A stretch of 64,000 bases of DNA from Octopus vulgaris (taxonomy: Eukaryota), in contig OX597828.1 in NCBI GenBank assembly GCA_951406725.2, positions 63,736,001 through 63,800,000 on the forward strand, given 5' to 3'. This document shows positions 58,100 through 64,000 of this stretch, piece by piece. Position 1 is the stretch's first letter; each line of letters begins with the position of its first letter. A program made the position numbers and the translations under genes. A model generated the notes under the pieces. It was given only the letters and a program-made list of their open reading frames with translations. It ran no database searches and was not told the origin of the DNA.

Positions 58100-59302
58100 T
58101 ACATACATACATACATACATACATACATACATACATACATACATACATACATACATACATACATACATACATACATGCATGCATGCGACGGCTTCTTTCA
58201 GTTTCCGTCTACCAAATCCACTCCCAAGGCTTTGGTCGGCCCGAGGTTATAGTAGAAGACAATTCCCCAAAGTGTCACACTTGTGGTTAGGATCAAGCTT
58301 CTTTATTTCATTTAATTTGCCACAAGGGCATCACACAGATGGAAGCTTTGCGGGCTGGACACGGACATTAATGGGATGAATGATAATGATGTAAAAATGA
58401 TGATGATGGGAGAAGACGAAAAGCGCCCGCCGACTTCTCTAAAACAATGTTCTTTTTTCTTTTTTCCCGAAAACACAATGAGGCAATAAACCTCTTACAT
58501 AAAAAAACACAATGTTCAGATATCTTTTTTCTTTTTTAAAACACAATGAGGCTATAAACCTCGTACATTACACAAAAAGTCACATATTTCACATTTTGTA
58601 GACTCGTTCAGGTTATCCGGCCGACCAGTATCCTTGCTTCATTGAAGCATGTACTCGGTTCCAGGCCGGACCACACAGCCATATATCTGTAGGAGCCCTC
58701 CAGGAAGGAATTCATGATCCTGCACAGATCACTATCCCATAGGGCCTCCGCAGCCACCTGCGAAGGCCACTCAGGGTCCTCCATGCAGGACAGAAGTCCC
58801 TCCCATCGGCGCCGCCTTTCCATTTTCTTGACTTCACTTTCTATGGTTCCTCCTTTGTGGAAGAGGACCACAAATTCATCCTCCAGCGGTACACCCGCCG
58901 GAGGAGGATTGGGACACGCCGGCAGCGTGTCACAACCCGCCGGCGATGTCCCGTTTTTCTTCTTTCTTTTTTTCTTTTTCCCTTGGGCCGCGAGAGGGTG
59001 AGGTTCCTGTGATGCGTGCAGCAGGTCCTCCTTTTCTCCCGCAGCTCTCGGGTCCTTCGGTGGGCAACCCTTCGTTTTCGTTTTTTCGAGGAGGTGGAAA
59101 CCTCCTCGTCATCATCCTCCTTCTCTCCCTCCATTGAGGGAGCAGGGAGAGATTCCACTATTAACTGCTTCAGGATCCTATTTTGGTCCTTGGGACTGTT
59201 TTTCTTAATGTGACCGGTCTCCAGGCACAGGTGACACTTGGGAGGTGGGGCGTCCCTCGAGCATCACCGGATCAAGCTTCTTACCACACTGCCACGCCTG
59301 CG
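57775..59302 (-). mobile_element. tRNA-derived SINE (octopus OR2-like CORE-type), split by the 965-bp insert
   Basis: 57775-58303 matches the reverse complement of the copy at 30978, including the central microsatellite. The 5' head (ttaccacactgccacgcctgcg) resumes after the second TSD. Confidence 0.8.
58304..59268 (-). mobile_element. 5'-truncated non-autonomous non-LTR retroelement with a gag-like ORF1 zinc-knuckle fragment (HAL1/L1-Tx1-like)
   Basis: Exact 14-bp TSD ggatcaagcttctt at 58290-58303 and 59269-59282 interrupts a SINE. The minus strand reads PPKCHLCLETGHIKKNSPK (CX2CX4HX4C with the last C as S), in frame with ORF 58841..59158, then a UTR ending in an A-rich tail. Confidence 0.8.
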
Positions 59303-59425
59303 GAATAGATATTTGCAAATATTAACAAATACATATATATGAGGGCAGGTGTATATGCATGTGTGTGCATGTACACACACACTCATGAGAGCATGATATA
59401 AAGTTAACTGACATTCCTTGTTGCA

Positions 59426-59458
<33 letters not shown>

Positions 59459-59475
59459 CACATGTATATATATAC

Positions 59476-59523
<48 letters not shown>

Positions 59524-59624
59524 TCATTCAAAATGAGACCGCGTGTATACCGTTGCCGATTTTTCCCTCTGTCTTCCCTATATAGTGTGTGTGTGTGTGT
59601 AATATATATATATATATATATATG

Positions 59625-59836
59625 TGGAGGCGCGTGGCTTAGTGGTTAGGGTGTCAGCATCATGATCGTAAGATTGTGGTTTCGATTCCTAGATCGGGCA
59701 ACGCATTGTGTTCTCGAGCAAAACGCAAATGAGTAACGCTGCGATGGACTGGCGTCTCGTCCAGCTGGGGAACGTATACGCCATACAAACCGGGAAACCG
59801 GGCCCACGAACCTGGTTAGGCTTTAAAAGGGCGCAA
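59625..59836 (+). mobile_element. tRNA-derived SINE with a gcgatggactggcgtc...gtccag tail
   Basis: ggcgcgtggcttagtggttagg (box A) and gtttcgattcc (box B). Degenerate relatives at about 4450-4670 (+), 8660-8900 (-) and 55320-55590 (-). Confidence 0.75.
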
Positions 59837-59847
59837 GAAGCAATATG

Positions 59848-59899
<52 letters not shown>

Positions 59900-60309
59900 T
59901 GTGTGAGAGGTTTCATCACAATTTCCGTTCGTTACCCAATGTCTCTCATAACGTTTGGTTCAACCCGAGGTCGAAAACATACCCAAATAGGAAGCGAACT
60001 TCCGCATTTTGGTTTGCAGTAGGGAAGTTCTTAACTGACGACAAGGATACAGTAGTATCGCAAGGTATGAGGTCCCTGGAATAACCTGGATTTCTGAAAA
60101 GGGTCAGTTTCTCTCGAGGGTGCTAATGTCTGTAACCAACACACATCTAACGCGATGAAGCACTTCACAGCCAACGCTGCGGCTGCAGACATAAATAACT
60201 AAAATCAAAATGAGGTGTAGAACTTAATCAGATTAATTATAGTGGATCAGATTTCTCATTAGGAGTATTAACTTAATGAAACACGGCTCGCTCGCGTTCT
60301 CTCTCTCCT

Positions 60310-60348
<39 letters not shown>

Positions 60349-60690
60349 CTATAAATATATATATGCATGTAGATCTATAAGGTATGTGCACATACACACA
60401 CTCACATATGCATTTGTATATATTATGTATCTAAGTGTGTGTGTGTGTGTGTGCGTGCGCATGTGTGCGTCTATGTGTTTGCATATATGTCTCTGTATGT
60501 GTATGAGTATGCATATATGTGTCTATATATTTTGTACATACACTCACACACAAAATGTAAAATATAGGTATATATGTATGTGTGTATATATATACATGTG
60601 AATATAAATATATGTGTATATATATATGTATATGTATATATGTATATGTATATATATATATGTGTATATATATATATATATGTATGTATA

Positions 60691-60723
<33 letters not shown>

Positions 60724-61289
60724 TGGTGTATGTATGTATATATCTGTATATATGTATGTTTGTATATATGTTCGAATACACACACACACACACAATCGCA
60801 TGTATACACAAGCGCGTGCACACACTTGAAATGTCTAGGGAGCTGCGATAATATTCATTAGAGCTGCGATGGGGGCAATCAAAGTGCCTGGATGTTCTCC
60901 TTCCATGGGTGGCTGATAACATTGAGTATTTTCTGTATCGGGTGGATTAATCTTTATATAGTGCACCTGGGTTTCGTTTGGAGGGTATAGATGGAATATT
61001 CAGTGTATATAGCCACTTTATAAGCCCGCACTACAAGTAGCGCACTTGCTGCTCCCAGGCACAGGCTAATAGGCCACGCCCACTTTTACACGTACACGCA
61101 CGAATATATACGTGCATATCTGCCTCTGTGGATGAATGTGTGTGTGTATACGAGTAAAAATTATATCCATCTCAAATGAAAACATCGCTATAACAGCTGT
61201 GTATTAATACAGAGATGTGTGATGACTATGTTTATATTGATATACAATATATGTTCGTTGGTGTATTATGAAACGCGTGTGTATGTGTG

Positions 61290-61329
<40 letters not shown>

Positions 61330-61352
61330 TATAAATACATATATATATGTGC

Positions 61353-61389
<37 letters not shown>

Positions 61390-63045
61390 CATATATAAAT
61401 GCATATATATATACATATATACATACATATATGTATACATATATACATATATACATACATATATACATACATATATAAATGCATATATATATATATGTAC
61501 ACGCATATATATAGGCATGTATATATATGCATGTATATATGCAAATATACAAGTGTGTGTATGTGCGCGTGTGTACACAAATATTTTCATATGCACGTTT
61601 CATAAAGTTACGTATAATCTTTCTGGGAAAATAGATTTCGCTGTTAAAACAGTATGTTCTCTCTGCAGAATGAAAGGAAACACACGTAAACACATACACA
61701 CACACACACACACACACACGCGCGCGCGCGTACATACAGCAAAATTTATGAACATATCAATTCTGAATTTACCTGTTCAGGTAATGTGAAGTTCATTTGG
61801 AATGAAGTATAAAAAATGTGTGTGGGATGTTCGAGAATTGATCTGAAACCATTCAATGAAAACTATACGCATGCACGCGCGCGCATTTACAGTTTCGCCT
61901 CAAATTCACATTTTTGAAGCCATTACTTGGGGTTCTGTGGGTGTGAATTAACACGCGGATTTGCTTGCACACATGCATTCACACATACATATACATATAA
62001 ACGTGCACCTACACTCACGCACACCCGCACATGTATAGAGACATTTGTATTAAATACTGATTTTCTACTTTCACATAAATTACCATGAGTAATGATTCGT
62101 TTTAGGGCAAACATAAAGCATATCATATACATGTGTGTGTGTGTTTACATCTCCATACATACATGTAGATGAGGAGGGAGTTAGACAAACGGTAACAGGC
62201 GTAAGAAATGTACATGAAAAGTTGCACATATAATGTATATGATGTAAACCAAGTCAATTCTTATCATGTGTTTCGAGCGATCGAAACAGACGTTAAGAAT
62301 GTTGTAAGAATGCGTTGTATGTAAGCAAGTGCAATACTAAAGCAATATTGCAATGTAGGAACTAGAGTATCCAGTATTTCGGATTTTGATAGCCGTGTGC
62401 CGTAGAGTCAGGATATTCTCTTCATATCGTTTGTGAGTATATGTGTATGCATGTACACACACACGCATAGATATACGCATATATATACATACATACATAC
62501 ATACATACATACATACATACATACGTATATATGCATTTTGTATATACCATATATAAATGGCAATTTCTGTCTTTCTGTCTGTTACCATCTTGCTGCCTAA
62601 ACCAGTGTTAAACTAATATCCAGTTCAATAATGGGCTAATTGGATATCAATAAAATCTATAATGTGTTCCCTAGAGAGGTTGGGCGAATTACAGGATAGA
62701 ATGACAAGGATGCAAAGAGTATTAGTGTGTAGTAGCAGTGTGAGTGTGACTGATATCAAGGAAGGGGAGGACAGCGTTGTGTATGCGACAAATATGGAGT
62801 GGCAGTGGGATGTTTACGTTAATATAGCTGTTATATATACACGTTGTGTTGCATACATACTTTCGTAAATACATAGATACATGCATACACACTCACATGC
62901 AGACACTTGCACATACACACACATACACACATGCACATAAGTAACTTTTTAAACGTCGACGAAGAAGAAAGGTGGGTGTGAGGAATACGTAGCTTTGGGG
63001 AGAAAGGGGGTAAGTGGCTTTTCTGCTGTCCATCGCAAACACACA

Positions 63046-63141
<96 letters not shown>

Positions 63142-63223
63142 CATACATCTACTATATACCATTTAAACTTGTGATTATCTATGTGTATATTTGTCAATGT
63201 GTGTGTGTGACGTCCTATAACTA

Positions 63224-63478
63224 TCTGTCTCTCTACTTTCGTAGGGTCTTCCCTGTTGCTGTTACATATTGTGAGATTTTAAAATTACGTCAAAATTTCC
63301 AAATAAGTCATGTGAAAAACTACAACGACGTTTTTTTGCGAAAAATTGCACAAATCTGTCCTGATCAAGATGTCTATCTGTCGAGGAGTCGGAGTATACT
63401 CTGACATGGAATAACGCAAAAATTATATAAGGAATTCTACTGTAAAAATTGCCTGGCAACAACGGGGTATTCAGCTAG
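63224..63478 (+). mobile_element. Probable diverged Helitron fragment
   Basis: 3' end gcctggcaacaacggggtattcagCTAG|T resembles the end at 36327. The 5' boundary is uncertain. Confidence 0.5.
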
Positions 63479-63540
<62 letters not shown>

Positions 63541-64000
63541 TCTCTTTGGGACCTAAACAAAGATCTTCGCGGATCTTTATGGGTGGTCTCGAGCCATAAA
63601 CCCCTACAAAAGGAGAAGGAAAACTCTTATCACCAAAACTGTCGCATGGCTGAAACGGTCCGTTGGAAACGGCTTTGTACTATTATCGGTCTATATAGGA
63701 CAGGCCTGATATACAACACTTCGTATGCGATCTGACGTTGACACTTCTGCACCTGTACAGGGAATGAACTAGTGTCTATCACAAACGTTTGAGCAGATTG
63801 CTCAGTGTCCTCGATAGAAGTCAGTGTCCTCGACAGAAGGAGATGAGCGAAGGAGACAGGCAGGCAAAGAAAACCAGAGAGAAAGAGCTAGACAGGGAAT
63901 GAGGGAGAAGAACAAAAGAAAGAGTGAGAAAGAGGGTGAGAAGAGAGAGCACAAGATTCACCGGAATACCTGAAACTTCTGTAATTTAAGTACTTCTGCT

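Noticed and set aside
60019-60063. Possible 45-nt phase-1 microexon (ttttggtttgcAG|TAGGG...CAAG|GTATGA) in frame with the rost-like exon
   Set aside because: The acceptor lies in what appears to be a decayed minus-strand SINE, and the peptide has no recognisable family similarity. It would need RNA-seq support.

Overview
AT-rich, repeat-dominated eukaryotic DNA. The SINE, LINE and microsatellite repertoire looks like an octopus (cephalopod) genome; this is inferred from recalled family sequences, not from a search. Most of the window is intronic or intergenic: long (TA)n, (CA)n, (TACA)n, (GA)n and trinucleotide tracts that account for nearly all ORF-track entries, several tRNA-derived SINE families, decayed CR1-like and RTE-like LINE 3' ends, and hAT, mariner, piggyBac-like and Helitron non-autonomous elements. 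Only one convincing host coding exon was found (55862-56075, +), from a rolling-stone-like multi-pass membrane protein. The most notable observations are: (1) a 965-bp retroposed insert with an exact 14-bp TSD that encodes only a zinc-knuckle ORF1-like fragment and no RT, and whose 3' tail resembles that of a local SINE family; (2) several minimal hammerhead-ribozyme motifs in short Penelope-like repeats, including a recurring CUGU core variant and long-loop forms; (3) a mariner derivative whose right arm is an inverted copy of its own 5' end; (4) a tandem duplication of about 840 bp with a transplanted patch, probably an assembly artefact. Repeat boundaries without a TSD or TIR are approximate.
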